64,000 bases of DNA from Nanobdellati archaeon (GCA_027007025.1 JALTFL010000002.1:100006-164005); one strand, 5' to 3'; positions 46,724 to 56,770 are shown, counted from the stretch's first letter. Notes: generated by a model not told the origin, from the letters alone. Numbers and translations: made by a program.

Positions 46724-46740
46724 CTTAGAGGAGGATAAAA

Positions 46741-47694
46741 ATGGGATTGTTCAATGGTCTTAAAAAATTGGCTGGAGCCGAGAAATCTAAAAAACCTGTT
46801 AAGAAAAAATCTTCAAAGAGAAAAACGATTAAGAAAGAAGTTGTTAAGAAGAAACCAAAGGAGAAAGTAGGGAAAAAGAAAACTACTAAAAAAGCATCAC
46901 TTAAAAAAGCAACTAAAAAGACGGCTAAAAAAAAGGAAACACTGAAGAAAAAAACTGCCAAGACAAAAAAACAAAAGAAGAGAATAACCCCAAAGAAAAC
47001 TAAAAAGAAAACAATTAAGAAACGAGTTGTTAAGAAAAAAACTGTCAAAAAGAAGCTTGTCAAAAAGAAAGTTAAAAATGTAAAAAAGAAATTAGCTGCG
47101 AAAAAGAAAACAAAGAAAAAAACAAAAAAACCGAAGAAAGTTATTTTGACCCCTAAGCGATTATCTCATTCTCACGCAGTTAAGTTGGTTGAAAGAGAAG
47201 ATGCAAAATCATTTATAATTAAAATTGCCGGAGAAGAAGGATTACAGGTTTTTTCATACTTAATTAAAATAGGTAAGCAGATAGATGAATTTACACTCGC
47301 GGATAAGGTTGGATTGCAAATAAACTTCGTGCGTTCTTTGTTGTACAAACTTTATGAATACAAATTGGTGTCCTTTTCAAGGGAGCGCGACAAGAAAAAG
47401 GGTTGGTTTATTTATTCATGGGTTGCCCATCCGGATAGATTGAAGGAACTTTTGATTAGAAAAAAAGATGAACAAGTTATTAAATTGAGGAAGAAGGCTT
47501 TGGATGTCCACCAGGTTTTTTATTGTGAGCATTGTGATAAAAGTTTTTCATACACAAAAGCTATGAAATACATGTTTTTCTGCCCGACATGCGGTAGAGG
47601 ATTAGTGGCTCTTGAATCTTCTGAATTAAGAGATAAGCTCAACGAAAAGATAAAAAAGATACTTTTGGAGAAGAAGGAAATAGAAGACCTTTAA
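46741..47694 (+). CDS. tfe: Transcription factor E (TFE alpha) with long Lys-rich N-terminal extension
   Basis: DEFTLA...VRSLLYKL...RDKKKGWFIYSW wHTH; CEHC...A....FFCPTCG Zn ribbon. Confidence 0.88.
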   Translation: MGLFNGLKKLAGAEKSKKPVKKKSSKRKTIKKEVVKKKPKEKVGKKKTTKKASLKKATKKTAKKKETLKKKTAKTKKQKKRITPKKTKKKTIKKRVVKKKTVKKKLVKKKVKNVKKKLAAKKKTKKKTKKPKKVILTPKRLSHSHAVKLVEREDAKSFIIKIAGEEGLQVFSYLIKIGKQIDEFTLADKVGLQINFVRSLLYKLYEYKLVSFSRERDKKKGWFIYSWVAHPDRLKELLIRKKDEQVIKLRKKALDVHQVFYCEHCDKSFSYTKAMKYMFFCPTCGRGLVALESSELRDKLNEKIKKILLEKKEIEDL

Positions 47695-48650
47695 GCGTAC
47701 ATTGTGTCATTGTTTTTCACTTTTTTGTGTGATGGTATAAAAGGTATGTAAAATTCTTTTTTCTCGAGTACAAATGGCATGTAAATGTAGTGTGGCACAA
47801 CAAAGCTTTTTACAGTTTTGTCTTTTACTAACTCCAATGAGACTGTTGGCATATTAGACAGCAAGAAAACCTGTTTACCCGAGTTGTGTATTGGCTTGTC
47901 GTGGAATATAACCCTACTAACTTCAACATTATACTTCTTCAATATTTTCTTTAATGAGGAATATGCACCCATACTTTTTTGGATATAAATATCATCATTT
48001 GAAAGGACGCCTTCCTTTTCAAGGAAAGGAAGCACACTATTTGGTGTTTCCTCAGCTGGGTATCTGAGTCCTATAGAATATCCATCTTCATTCTCTGAAT
48101 GGAAAACATATTCTAATTCCTTTTCAATATCATCATCCTGCTCCTCTGTAGGAGAGAGTAAATAATTTTTTGTTACATCAATTATTTCAAATTTTGTTAA
48201 TCTATTAGGTAAAGGTATATAGGGTATTTTCTTTTTTTGGAATATCTTTTGTATGCTCATATTATCTTGTTTGTATTTGTCATAATCCTCAGTCGCTAAT
48301 ATATCTTTCTCGCATGAGATAGATGTTTTTTGAGAGAATAGATACATTAAAACTTCGTCAAGATGGTATTCCCCTATATGTTTATTGTCAATATTTACAT
48401 CTGTATAAAATTCATCTCTTTTTAATTTAACTTCAAGTGATACATCCTTTACTCCTATAAATCGCATTATATCATCAATTGAGGATTCTAAAGGCCCAAC
48501 TCCGTTAGCAAATGCCCACTTTACCTCCCAACTTATAGTCGAATCTATAGGCAGTGCCAATGGGATATATCCAATTTTGTTTCCCAGTAGGAGTATGTCT
48601 ATGTTACCTTCATCAATTACTTGTATCTTGTCCAATATCTCTTTTGCCAT
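47691..48650 (-). CDS. Hypothetical protein
   Basis: 319-aa ORF with TATA-like sequence upstream; no motif recognised. Confidence 0.65.
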   Translation of the reverse strand: MAKEILDKIQVIDEGNIDILLLGNKIGYIPLALPIDSTISWEVKWAFANGVGPLESSIDDIMRFIGVKDVSLEVKLKRDEFYTDVNIDNKHIGEYHLDEVLMYLFSQKTSISCEKDILATEDYDKYKQDNMSIQKIFQKKKIPYIPLPNRLTKFEIIDVTKNYLLSPTEEQDDDIEKELEYVFHSENEDGYSIGLRYPAEETPNSVLPFLEKEGVLSNDDIYIQKSMGAYSSLKKILKKYNVEVSRVIFHDKPIHNSGKQVFLLSNMPTVSLELVKDKTVKSFVVPHYIYMPFVLEKKEFYIPFIPSHKKVKNNDTMYA

Positions 48651-48705
48651 GAATGAATTAAGGAATGTTCATTTAAATAATTTACCTACTGATTAGAGAT
48701 AAAAA

Positions 48706-48811
48706 TAGCCCCGCGCGGATTCGAACCGCGGTCTGTGGCTCCAAAGGCCACCATGCATAACCTCCTTTGCATTTTTTTACGCAAAGGGTTTGGCCACTAC
48801 ACTACGGGGCT
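48706..48811 (-). tRNA. tRNA-Gln(UUG) with 33-nt intron at position 21/22 (48757-48789); CCA not encoded
   Basis: Acceptor AGCCCCG/CGGGGCT, anticodon arm GTGGC-CTTTGGA-GCCAC, T arm CGCGG-TTCGAAT-CCGCG; intron removal restores the D-arm GGCCAA|GCAT. Confidence 0.93.
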
Positions 48812-48846
48812 ATAAACAATAATTTTGTTTAAAGACATTAAATAAT

Positions 48847-49977
48847 TTACTTTTTGTTGCATTTTCTCTCAAGCTGGGAGAACAATCTGTTAAACGCATC
48901 TTGAAGGGTGAACATTAAATTATACCCGTACCATGGATCTTTGCTTGTTACTACCTCTCCCTTCCCAGCTTTCCTTTGTAGGTGGATATATACTTCGTAA
49001 TTCCATTTTTCGGGTGTCGCTCCGTGCAGTTTTTTTATGTGAATATCTATATTCTTTAAATCCTTGCATATCATTTTCATCTTTCTTATGTCCGAACTTA
49101 GATACTCTTTAATTAGTTCTATTGTTTCGACGCTTAACGGAAATCCTGAGAAATTTAACCAGACTCCCTCTTTGAATTTCTTTTCCAGTATTTTGTCTAA
49201 AACATGCCATCTTTCAAACAGCCCAATTACTTTATTGTCTTTATCTACTACGGGGACTCCTTTTAATCTGGCGTCAAAAAGTTTTTTAAGTGCAACATTT
49301 ACTCCTTCTTTAGGATGGACTTCGGGTATATTTTTCCTCATAAGAGATTTTACAGGTAGTGTGAGAGGGCTGATGGAATCTCCACCTCTATCTTGTCTAC
49401 CTATTCCTTCTTTTGGCATGTTATAAAATGCTTTTAGGATATCCATTGAAGTAATCATACCACTTAACTTGCCGTCAGCTCCGACAATTGGTAGTTTAGG
49501 CCACTTGTTGTATCTCATGACACGTCTTGCTAATGATATAGGGTCATCTTCTTTTAGAATTTTTATTTGTTCTTCCATGATATCTCTAACTTTTAATTTC
49601 TTAATTTTTGAATTGTTTATCATTTTTTTTAGGATGTCATAGTCTGAGATTAAGCCGACTATTTTTCCATTTTCAACTATTGGCAGTGCTTCGACGCCTG
49701 TTTTCAGCATAAGTTCTATGATATGGTTTACATGTGTCTCTGGTTCAGCCGTTGGAGGCATCATCATAATTGATGCAACTTTTTCCTCAGGGTCTAATCT
49801 TGTAAAATCGAGAATGTCATAATATGTAACCATCCCCTTTAAATGATTGTTCTTCCCTGTTATGGGAACTTCATTAATTCCGTTTTTTTCCATTTTTGAA
49901 ACTATTTTTTTAATTTTCTCGTTTGGAGAAGCAGTTATGACTTTTTTGGTCATTATATCCTTAGCCAACATCACCAT
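48847..49977 (-). CDS. Multi-CBS protein with C-terminal HPF/RaiA-like domain (candidate ribosome hibernation factor)
   Basis: Tandem CBS repeats (VPI..GMVT..DI, LPIV..GLIS..DI); C-terminal beta-alpha-beta-beta-beta-alpha pattern ending LQDAFNRLFSQLER. Confidence 0.7.
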   Translation of the reverse strand: MVMLAKDIMTKKVITASPNEKIKKIVSKMEKNGINEVPITGKNNHLKGMVTYYDILDFTRLDPEEKVASIMMMPPTAEPETHVNHIIELMLKTGVEALPIVENGKIVGLISDYDILKKMINNSKIKKLKVRDIMEEQIKILKEDDPISLARRVMRYNKWPKLPIVGADGKLSGMITSMDILKAFYNMPKEGIGRQDRGGDSISPLTLPVKSLMRKNIPEVHPKEGVNVALKKLFDARLKGVPVVDKDNKVIGLFERWHVLDKILEKKFKEGVWLNFSGFPLSVETIELIKEYLSSDIRKMKMICKDLKNIDIHIKKLHGATPEKWNYEVYIHLQRKAGKGEVVTSKDPWYGYNLMFTLQDAFNRLFSQLERKCNKK

Positions 49978-50058
49978 ATTATCACCCTAATTAAAATGCT
50001 CTTTTAAGGATTATAAAGCTTTTGTAAGATTTATTAATCTTTTTTGTGTTAACATTGT

Positions 50059-50931
50059 ATGGACAACCAAACATTAATACTCATCAAATCATTTCTGGAA
50101 TTTGATGATAAGATTAAGGATTATATGGGCAGGTACAACAAAGTAGAATTGTTCCATGTTGGTGAGGTTAAACATGTTGAGAACATAAAAAAAATGTTCA
50201 TACGCCAGTTAAATTTACTAAAAAGACTTACAAGGTTGACAAGCAAGGAAGTAAATTTGTTTAATAAAAAAATAAACAATATTTTAGATGAATACTACCA
50301 CCAGTATATTAAAGAAGGACAAACTATGCATGGAAATGGTTTCTCCAATGCGTACAAAAAGTATGTTACAAATATGAGAAGTAGTTATGTCAGAGAAGTT
50401 CATAAGTTGGTAGCAGGATGGGTAGTTTTAGGTGATGAATTAGGTAAGTTAATCAATAATGCAGAATCTTATAACGAGTTATTACATTTTATGCATGCTT
50501 ACGCGATTGAATTGTATCATACAGATTTAGAAGCATGGAAAGATAAATTTTACATCTTGGGTGAAATAGACCCAATTGTTAAAGCAATATTGGTTGGGTT
50601 AGAAGAGGCGGAGAAAAAGAAGAGGGTGGTAGGTTATGCGCGTTTGATTAGTTTGGATAATAAAAAAATATTGCAAGTAAGGGATTATGGACATGCTACA
50701 GTTGTGGAATTCAAGTTCGGCAGAGATATAAAACCCCATACTAAAATTTATGTGCATTACAAAATACCAAAATTCATCTCGTCGTGGGAGAAGAGATTAC
50801 CCGGCAAAGTTAAAACATATGATAATGGTAATGTTGCAGTTGGGGAATTTGTCACGACTTTCAAGCATTTGAAGAATGATGTTGAAAAATTATTCTTAAA
50901 CATTCCTACAGATGATGACATCGTCGGTTAG
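50059..50931 (+). CDS. Hypothetical protein
   Basis: 290-aa ORF with TATA-like sequence upstream; helical N-half, beta-rich C-half. Confidence 0.65.
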   Translation: MDNQTLILIKSFLEFDDKIKDYMGRYNKVELFHVGEVKHVENIKKMFIRQLNLLKRLTRLTSKEVNLFNKKINNILDEYYHQYIKEGQTMHGNGFSNAYKKYVTNMRSSYVREVHKLVAGWVVLGDELGKLINNAESYNELLHFMHAYAIELYHTDLEAWKDKFYILGEIDPIVKAILVGLEEAEKKKRVVGYARLISLDNKKILQVRDYGHATVVEFKFGRDIKPHTKIYVHYKIPKFISSWEKRLPGKVKTYDNGNVAVGEFVTTFKHLKNDVEKLFLNIPTDDDIVG

Positions 50932-52508
50932 GCTAAAGCTTTTGACATGTAATATCCTTTTTTCCTATATCCAAACTTCCTGTAGTAATCCCGCACGCCT
51001 ATCCCTGAGATGACATAAATCCTTCTGAAGCCGTTTTCTTTCGCTATTTTCTCCGCTTCCTTCAGGAGTTTTTTTCCATAACCTTTGTGCTGCCAGCTAC
51101 CTTTTTTGCCAATTAAAATTTGCTCCCCATAGACATGCAGCTCACGTATCATGGCTTTATCTGAAAGGCGCAACCTTATGAATCCTATAAGCACGTCATT
51201 TTTGTCTTTGAACTGTAAGAAGAATTCTCTTCCGCCCGAAGCTTCGTATTCTATCTTATTGAGTTTTATGCTTTTGGCATCAAATTTGCCTTTGCTTTTT
51301 AGTACATGTCCAACTTCCCTGCAGCGTATGCACTTGCATTTTATCCCTTCTTCTTTTAAGCGCTGTTGTATTTTCTGGCGAAGGTTGGTTGATTTTATTC
51401 CATCCTCTATTTCGGTTCCTGGAATGTCTCTTTCTATACGCATTATTCTTACCCACTCCGGAACAATTTTCTTCATTTCAATTATGACATCTGTAGCATA
51501 ATCTTCATTCACAGGTTTGTACCTTCCTTTTTTCCAGTCTTCATAAAGTTTTGAGCCTCTAATAACGAGCGTAGGGTAAACCTTTATCATGTCGGGACGG
51601 AAGTTAGGGTTCTTGAAAATTTCTTTAACTGCTTTGATATCTCTTTTTTTGTTTGTGCCTGGTAATCCAAGCATCATATGATACAAAACTTTGAACCCTT
51701 TGTTTTTTAGAATTTTTGTGGATTCAATGACATCCTTGACTGTGTGTCCGCGATGGACTTTTTCGTAAACATCATCATAAATTGTTTGGACACCAAGTTC
51801 CACTCTTGTTCCTCCAAGCTTTAGCATGAAATCTGCGTGCTTCTCCTTTCCCCAGTCAGGACGAGTTTCGAATGTCATTCCCACACAGCGGATTTTTGCT
51901 TTTTCATTTGCCCTCTGGACTTTTTCAAGAGGCATCTTTTTTACTATATCTAAAGGTGGTTCATTTTTAGGGTATCTGTTCATTGCAAGTAGACATCTTT
52001 TCACGAATTCTTCTTGATATTCTTTTGGCATGGCAGGAAACGTACCCCCCATTATTATAAGTTCAATCTTTTGAGGAAGATGTCCCGTAGAATAAAGCTG
52101 AGAAAGCCTGTTCTGTACTTGCTTGTAAGGATTAAATTCGTTTGCGATTGCCCTCCGCGCCGCTGGTTCCTTTCCAGTGTAAGATTCCGGAACGCCGTTG
52201 ACATGAGGGCAATATGTACATTTTCCATGCGGGCAAGGCCAAGGTTTTGCCATTACTGCAACAACTGCAACTCCTGACATTGTCCTTGTCGGTTTTATCT
52301 GAAGGAGTTTTCTGACTTTTTCTTTTATTTTTCCTTTTGCTTCTGCCAAAATTTCCGCGTTTTGCATAAACCTGTTTAAATTATACTCAATTGCAATTTC
52401 TTTTTTTCTTCTTTCCAGCTCTTTTTTTGTCCTTATTTTACCATTATCTATTTCGTCAAGCAGGATTTTTACTATACTATCCATATGGTGTTTAACAATT
52501 TCTAACAT
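50928..52508 (-). CDS. elp3: Elp3 tRNA U34 acetyltransferase (radical SAM plus GNAT)
   Basis: RTMSGVA, CPHGKCTYCP, ETRPD, RELHVYG, QHKGYG, ISGIGVR. Confidence 0.97.
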   Translation of the reverse strand: MLEIVKHHMDSIVKILLDEIDNGKIRTKKELERRKKEIAIEYNLNRFMQNAEILAEAKGKIKEKVRKLLQIKPTRTMSGVAVVAVMAKPWPCPHGKCTYCPHVNGVPESYTGKEPAARRAIANEFNPYKQVQNRLSQLYSTGHLPQKIELIIMGGTFPAMPKEYQEEFVKRCLLAMNRYPKNEPPLDIVKKMPLEKVQRANEKAKIRCVGMTFETRPDWGKEKHADFMLKLGGTRVELGVQTIYDDVYEKVHRGHTVKDVIESTKILKNKGFKVLYHMMLGLPGTNKKRDIKAVKEIFKNPNFRPDMIKVYPTLVIRGSKLYEDWKKGRYKPVNEDYATDVIIEMKKIVPEWVRIMRIERDIPGTEIEDGIKSTNLRQKIQQRLKEEGIKCKCIRCREVGHVLKSKGKFDAKSIKLNKIEYEASGGREFFLQFKDKNDVLIGFIRLRLSDKAMIRELHVYGEQILIGKKGSWQHKGYGKKLLKEAEKIAKENGFRRIYVISGIGVRDYYRKFGYRKKGYYMSKALA

Positions 52509-52572
52509 TTAAACGTCTTTTTGTTGCTACGATATAGTAAAAATTATAAACTCTCATTGTGTCATATCTTAA

Positions 52573-53814
52573 ATGAGAGGATTAGATACTATCCTAACCG
52601 AGGCAAAAAGAGAGAGCCTGGGGGAAATTCTTAATGAACCTATTGATATTAGGGCAGACATAGAGAAACTTCCAAGTGGGGATTTTATACTGAGAATAGT
52701 TGAAAAGCATGTAAACTTAGATGGTCCTATTGATGGCAATGCAATAGCTAAAGTTAAGAATTATGTTGAGAATTTCTTTGGCATTTACTCTGCAGAGAGG
52801 GTTGCCACAATCTTTAAGTATCCTATGATGCAGTCCGAGCTTTCAAAACTTTTGGATGAAGACTTTTCCAAGGTTGACGCGCTTAAGAGCACAAAGTATG
52901 TTTCCTTCTTGCTTAATGCAACTGAAGAGTATTTAAACAGGGAAGGATGGAGAAAAACAGATTCCCTTCTTTGGGCTGCAGAAGAGTTAGTTAAAAATAT
53001 AACTGGAAAAAAGAGACTGCCTCTTGAAGCGGAAATAAACCTAAATTATGCTCTTTACAAGTGGAAGGTTGGGGATTATTTTGGAAGCATAAAAAAGGCG
53101 AGAGATTCTCTTAAGGTTGCAAGAAAAATTAAAGACAAGAAACTAATAGCGAGAAACTATCACCTCTTTGGTGTTCTTTATGGCGATTTCCTCGATGACA
53201 AGAAACCAGCTGTGTGGTTCGATGAGGAATGTTTGAGGATGATTAAAGATAATACTGACAATTCATCGAAGAGACTAAAGGCAAGCCTTTACAACAATCT
53301 TGGGGTTGCGTATCACAAGATGGCGGATATGGATGAAGAAAAAAGAGAGGAATACTTGAGAAAAGCAGCTGAAAGCTATGAAAAGGGTATAAACATTTGT
53401 GGGGACATTGGATACAAAAAAATGGAAGGGTGGTTGTATTTCAACCTTGGAGAAGTTTATGCATATCTTCATGAGTTTGATAATGCTGAAACAGCCTCGA
53501 TTGAGGCGAGGAAGATATTTGACGAGCTTGATGATCCTCGTGGGGTGTCGGGAGTTCTAATGTGTGATGCAGTAATCGAAGGAGAAAAGGGGAATCCAAA
53601 GGAAGCATTAGAGTACATAAACAAAAGTTTGGAAATTCGTGAGTCCTCTGGCGAGCCGAGAAGGGTTGCAGATGCCCTTGTTTTCAGGGGACAACTGTAT
53701 CAGAAGCTTGGGGATACAGAAGATGCAAAACATGATTTTGAGATTGCACTTTCAATTTATGATAAAATTGGGTCAAGAGAAGCAGAAAAGATAAGAAACT
53801 ATTTAACTAAATAA
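52573..53814 (+). CDS. Tetratricopeptide-repeat protein
   Basis: LYNNLGVAY, LYFNLGEVY, EALEYINKSLEI, RGQLYQKLG repeats. Confidence 0.88.
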   Translation: MRGLDTILTEAKRESLGEILNEPIDIRADIEKLPSGDFILRIVEKHVNLDGPIDGNAIAKVKNYVENFFGIYSAERVATIFKYPMMQSELSKLLDEDFSKVDALKSTKYVSFLLNATEEYLNREGWRKTDSLLWAAEELVKNITGKKRLPLEAEINLNYALYKWKVGDYFGSIKKARDSLKVARKIKDKKLIARNYHLFGVLYGDFLDDKKPAVWFDEECLRMIKDNTDNSSKRLKASLYNNLGVAYHKMADMDEEKREEYLRKAAESYEKGINICGDIGYKKMEGWLYFNLGEVYAYLHEFDNAETASIEARKIFDELDDPRGVSGVLMCDAVIEGEKGNPKEALEYINKSLEIRESSGEPRRVADALVFRGQLYQKLGDTEDAKHDFEIALSIYDKIGSREAEKIRNYLTK

Positions 53815-53828
53815 GTATATTTTAATTT

Positions 53829-54341
53829 ATGCTGCATGATAAAAAGCATAAGCTTATTGTTGAAGAAAAAATGAATAGTTCGTTCCTCTTTTGGAGGCGT
53901 GCAATAGCGTACATCATTGATGCCACGCTTTTTTATTTCACATTCTTCCAGATATTTATGCTAATATATCTCCCAAAAGCTGGATTTAGCTTGGAGGACA
54001 TTTCCACAATGAGCGAATATGTCGCACATTCCCCGGATGCATCATTTAGATTTTTGATAGGATTAATCGGCGTTTCGTTTGTTTTTCTCTTTTATCTTGC
54101 TATGTTTGAGAAAAATTTCGGAACAACAATAGGAAAAAAGATTATGCGCTTGTCAATAAGTGGCGAATTAAATTACAAGAACGCTTTTGGTAGGAATTTA
54201 ACAAAATCAATACTGCTTCCCTTGCTTCCCTTTGATGTTATAGGCATTTTTACAAGCGGAGAAAGGTATACAGAACGTCTTACAAAAACTAAAGTTATAT
54301 ATCACAATGATTTATCATTAAATTATGGAGTGTGGCTATAA
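53829..54341 (+). CDS. RDD family membrane protein
   Basis: WRRAIAYIID, GTTIGKKIMRL, RN. Confidence 0.85.
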   Translation: MLHDKKHKLIVEEKMNSSFLFWRRAIAYIIDATLFYFTFFQIFMLIYLPKAGFSLEDISTMSEYVAHSPDASFRFLIGLIGVSFVFLFYLAMFEKNFGTTIGKKIMRLSISGELNYKNAFGRNLTKSILLPLLPFDVIGIFTSGERYTERLTKTKVIYHNDLSLNYGVWL

Positions 54342-55216
54342 TGGGTGAAATCTTAAAGTCAATTTGGGTACTTTTTTTGATGTTAACATTTACCATACTA
54401 TCTGCATACATTCTTGGAGATATATTCGGAACTCCAAGTGGTAATGTCGCATTGATTAAAATTGATGGTGAAATATCTATAAGTAGCAATATTTTTTCCA
54501 ATAGCGTGAGCAGTGATAAGATAGTTTCAGAGATAAAAGATGCAAATGACAACCCAAACATAAAAGCAATTTTGGTGGAAATCAATTCTCCAGGGGGGAG
54601 CGTTGTTGCCACGAAGGAAATCGCATCTGCGCTTAAATCAGTGAACAAGACTAAAGTGTGTTGGATGAGGGAAGTTGCGGCTTCGGGAGCGTATTGGATT
54701 GCAACAACTTGTGATAAAATAGTCGCGGACAATTTTACCATAACGGGGAGTATAGGTGTGACAGGCAGTTATCTTGAGTTTTCAGGATTGTTTAACAAGT
54801 ATGGCATAAATTACGTTAGGCTGGTCAGCGGGAAAGAGAAGGATATTGGAACACCTTATAGGGAACCAACCCAGGAGGAATTAAACAAGGTTCAAGGCAT
54901 AATTGATTCCATAAGGAATGCGTTCGTGAAGGAAGTTGCAGAAAACAGGAACCTGTCAGTGGAGTATGTTGACAAGATTGCGGACGGCTCTATCTATACT
55001 GGTGAAGAAGCCAAGAGCATGGGGCTTGTAGATGCGATAGGTGGAAAAGACAAGGCGTTGGACATAATCAAGGAAAGCACAAATTTGACTAAAATCAAGT
55101 TAGTTGAGCCCAAAAAAGAAATGACTCTCGTTGACATGGTATCCAGCATGGCATCAAGGGAAATGTTTAAGTTTATGACTTCTAACCATTTCAAATTAAG
55201 CGCAGAATATAATTAA
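54341..55216 (+). CDS. sppA: Signal peptide peptidase SppA (36K type)
   Basis: INSPGG, AASGAYW, TGSIGV, K.IG. Confidence 0.95.
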   Translation: MGEILKSIWVLFLMLTFTILSAYILGDIFGTPSGNVALIKIDGEISISSNIFSNSVSSDKIVSEIKDANDNPNIKAILVEINSPGGSVVATKEIASALKSVNKTKVCWMREVAASGAYWIATTCDKIVADNFTITGSIGVTGSYLEFSGLFNKYGINYVRLVSGKEKDIGTPYREPTQEELNKVQGIIDSIRNAFVKEVAENRNLSVEYVDKIADGSIYTGEEAKSMGLVDAIGGKDKALDIIKESTNLTKIKLVEPKKEMTLVDMVSSMASREMFKFMTSNHFKLSAEYN

Positions 55217-55246
55217 AAAAAATAAAAAAAAGACGCCGATGGCGTC
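55217..55246 (-). terminator. Hairpin plus U-tract downstream of the TrmB-family gene
   Basis: Minus strand GACGCC-ATC-GGCGTC followed by long T runs. Confidence 0.55.
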
Positions 55247-55300
55247 AAAGAGTCGGGGGGATGAAAACAGTTAGACTGTTTTGTCCGACAACATGAGAAA

Positions 55301-56104
55301 TTACTTCTTTGGCAATCCTTCCCAGACACGGCCGAACATGTGTGTCAACGCTGTTGAAATCGGCTGTGAATTCATCCATATTCCAACGTCGTAGTTTGGG
55401 TGCAAGTCTTTGTCGTTTAATACCATAAAGACAGAGTGCTTTCCGTCAATTACAGCAAATCTTGCATCCATATTCTTTATGTTCCTTATGTCTGCAACAG
55501 ATTTTAATTTTTTAACTGCCTCAGAATTTGCGTTTGTCAAAGGAGCTGCTATTTTTACAGATACTCCCTTTTTCTTCGCGTGTTCTATCGCTGATTTGAG
55601 TGAGTCTGCCTTTCTTGTCAATCCATCTTCGGATGTCACAAGAACGACGCTTCTTTTTGCTCCTTTTATCAATGATTCAAGGTGGGAATATATGTTGTTT
55701 CTGCCTTTTAATGCTCCAGAAAGTTCTGAAGGTTCTATGAAGTTGATACCCTTTTGATACAATGTTTCAAGTGTTTTAATCATATCTGTTGATTTGACTT
55801 TGTCAAGGTTCTTTACTTTGCTGTCTGCACTTTCCTTAACATTTTTCTTTGCCCGTTCGACCACATCTTTTGGTGACACGGCGATGTATTGTATTGGTTT
55901 GCCTAATTTCATTACGACAAATCCTTTTCTTTCAAGCGATTCTAAAACATCATAAGTTCTTGAACGCGGAACACCTGCCATGGTGCTTAATTCACCCGCA
56001 GTTGAAATTCCTCTAGAAAGTAATGCTACCCAAATTTTTACTTCATATAGGTTAAGGTCGAAAGTTCTTCTCAGCCTTGCCAACATTTCATCCTTTAAAA
56101 CCAT
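55301..56104 (-). CDS. TrmB-family regulator or chromatin protein (wHTH plus PLD-like domain)
   Basis: LNLYEVKIW..L, GVPRSRTYDVLESLERKGFV, GRNNIY. Confidence 0.92.
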   Translation of the reverse strand: MVLKDEMLARLRRTFDLNLYEVKIWVALLSRGISTAGELSTMAGVPRSRTYDVLESLERKGFVVMKLGKPIQYIAVSPKDVVERAKKNVKESADSKVKNLDKVKSTDMIKTLETLYQKGINFIEPSELSGALKGRNNIYSHLESLIKGAKRSVVLVTSEDGLTRKADSLKSAIEHAKKKGVSVKIAAPLTNANSEAVKKLKSVADIRNIKNMDARFAVIDGKHSVFMVLNDKDLHPNYDVGIWMNSQPISTALTHMFGRVWEGLPKK

Positions 56105-56236
56105 CTTACATCATCCCCCTTATTCAATTCTAATTAATAGCATTTTTGTATTAATATAGTTTTCCCACCTCACCAGTCACAACTTAAACGAACTTTAGTT
56201 TTACTATTGTTAAGTTACAAATATTTAAGCACACTT

Positions 56237-56770
56237 TCATTTATAAATGTTTGCTTTTTGATTTTTGAAAAGAACCTTTTTGCTTGATGGTGCTATATTC
56301 AAAGAGACCATATTGTCATACTGAGCACGTGTAAGCACAAGAGGTTTTATTGAATAACCAAATTCTTTCTTAATTGCATCACATATTTCCTGAATCTTTT
56401 TTGTTTTCACGTTTCCAATGACAAGGATACTTGCTCTGTCATCTCCTTCGTCCAACATATGAATTTCTTCTGTTTTTTCCTTTGACACAATTGTGGTGAA
56501 TATATCGAGCGGAGATTTCTTCGGCATAATCCTTTCAAGCAAAAGATATGCCTTTGAGTTTTGGTCAATTTCATAAAATGAGAACACCCCACTTTTTGTC
56601 TTTCTTAGGAGTCCGCTTTTTTCCAGCCTCTGAAAAATTCGGAATACAGTCGAGACTGGAATTTTTGTTTTTCTTGAAACCTCACGTATGCCTATAATTT
56701 TTTTTCCAGGCATTTCAGAAAGGATAGAAATTGTTTTTTCATCAAACATTGATTTTAGTATGTTTTCCAT
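56237..56770 (-). CDS. wHTH protein with degenerate nucleotidyltransferase-like C-domain
   Basis: GIREVSRKTKIPVSTVFRIFQRLEKSGLL; ILVIG segment without intact GS/DxD motif. Confidence 0.65.
   Translation of the reverse strand: MENILKSMFDEKTISILSEMPGKKIIGIREVSRKTKIPVSTVFRIFQRLEKSGLLRKTKSGVFSFYEIDQNSKAYLLLERIMPKKSPLDIFTTIVSKEKTEEIHMLDEGDDRASILVIGNVKTKKIQEICDAIKKEFGYSIKPLVLTRAQYDNMVSLNIAPSSKKVLFKNQKANIYK

Noticed and set aside
46780-47140. A-rich quasi-repeat as a DNA repeat array or CRISPR
   Set aside because: No fixed repeat unit or spacers; it is Lys codons in the TFE extension. No CRISPR array or cas gene was seen in the window.
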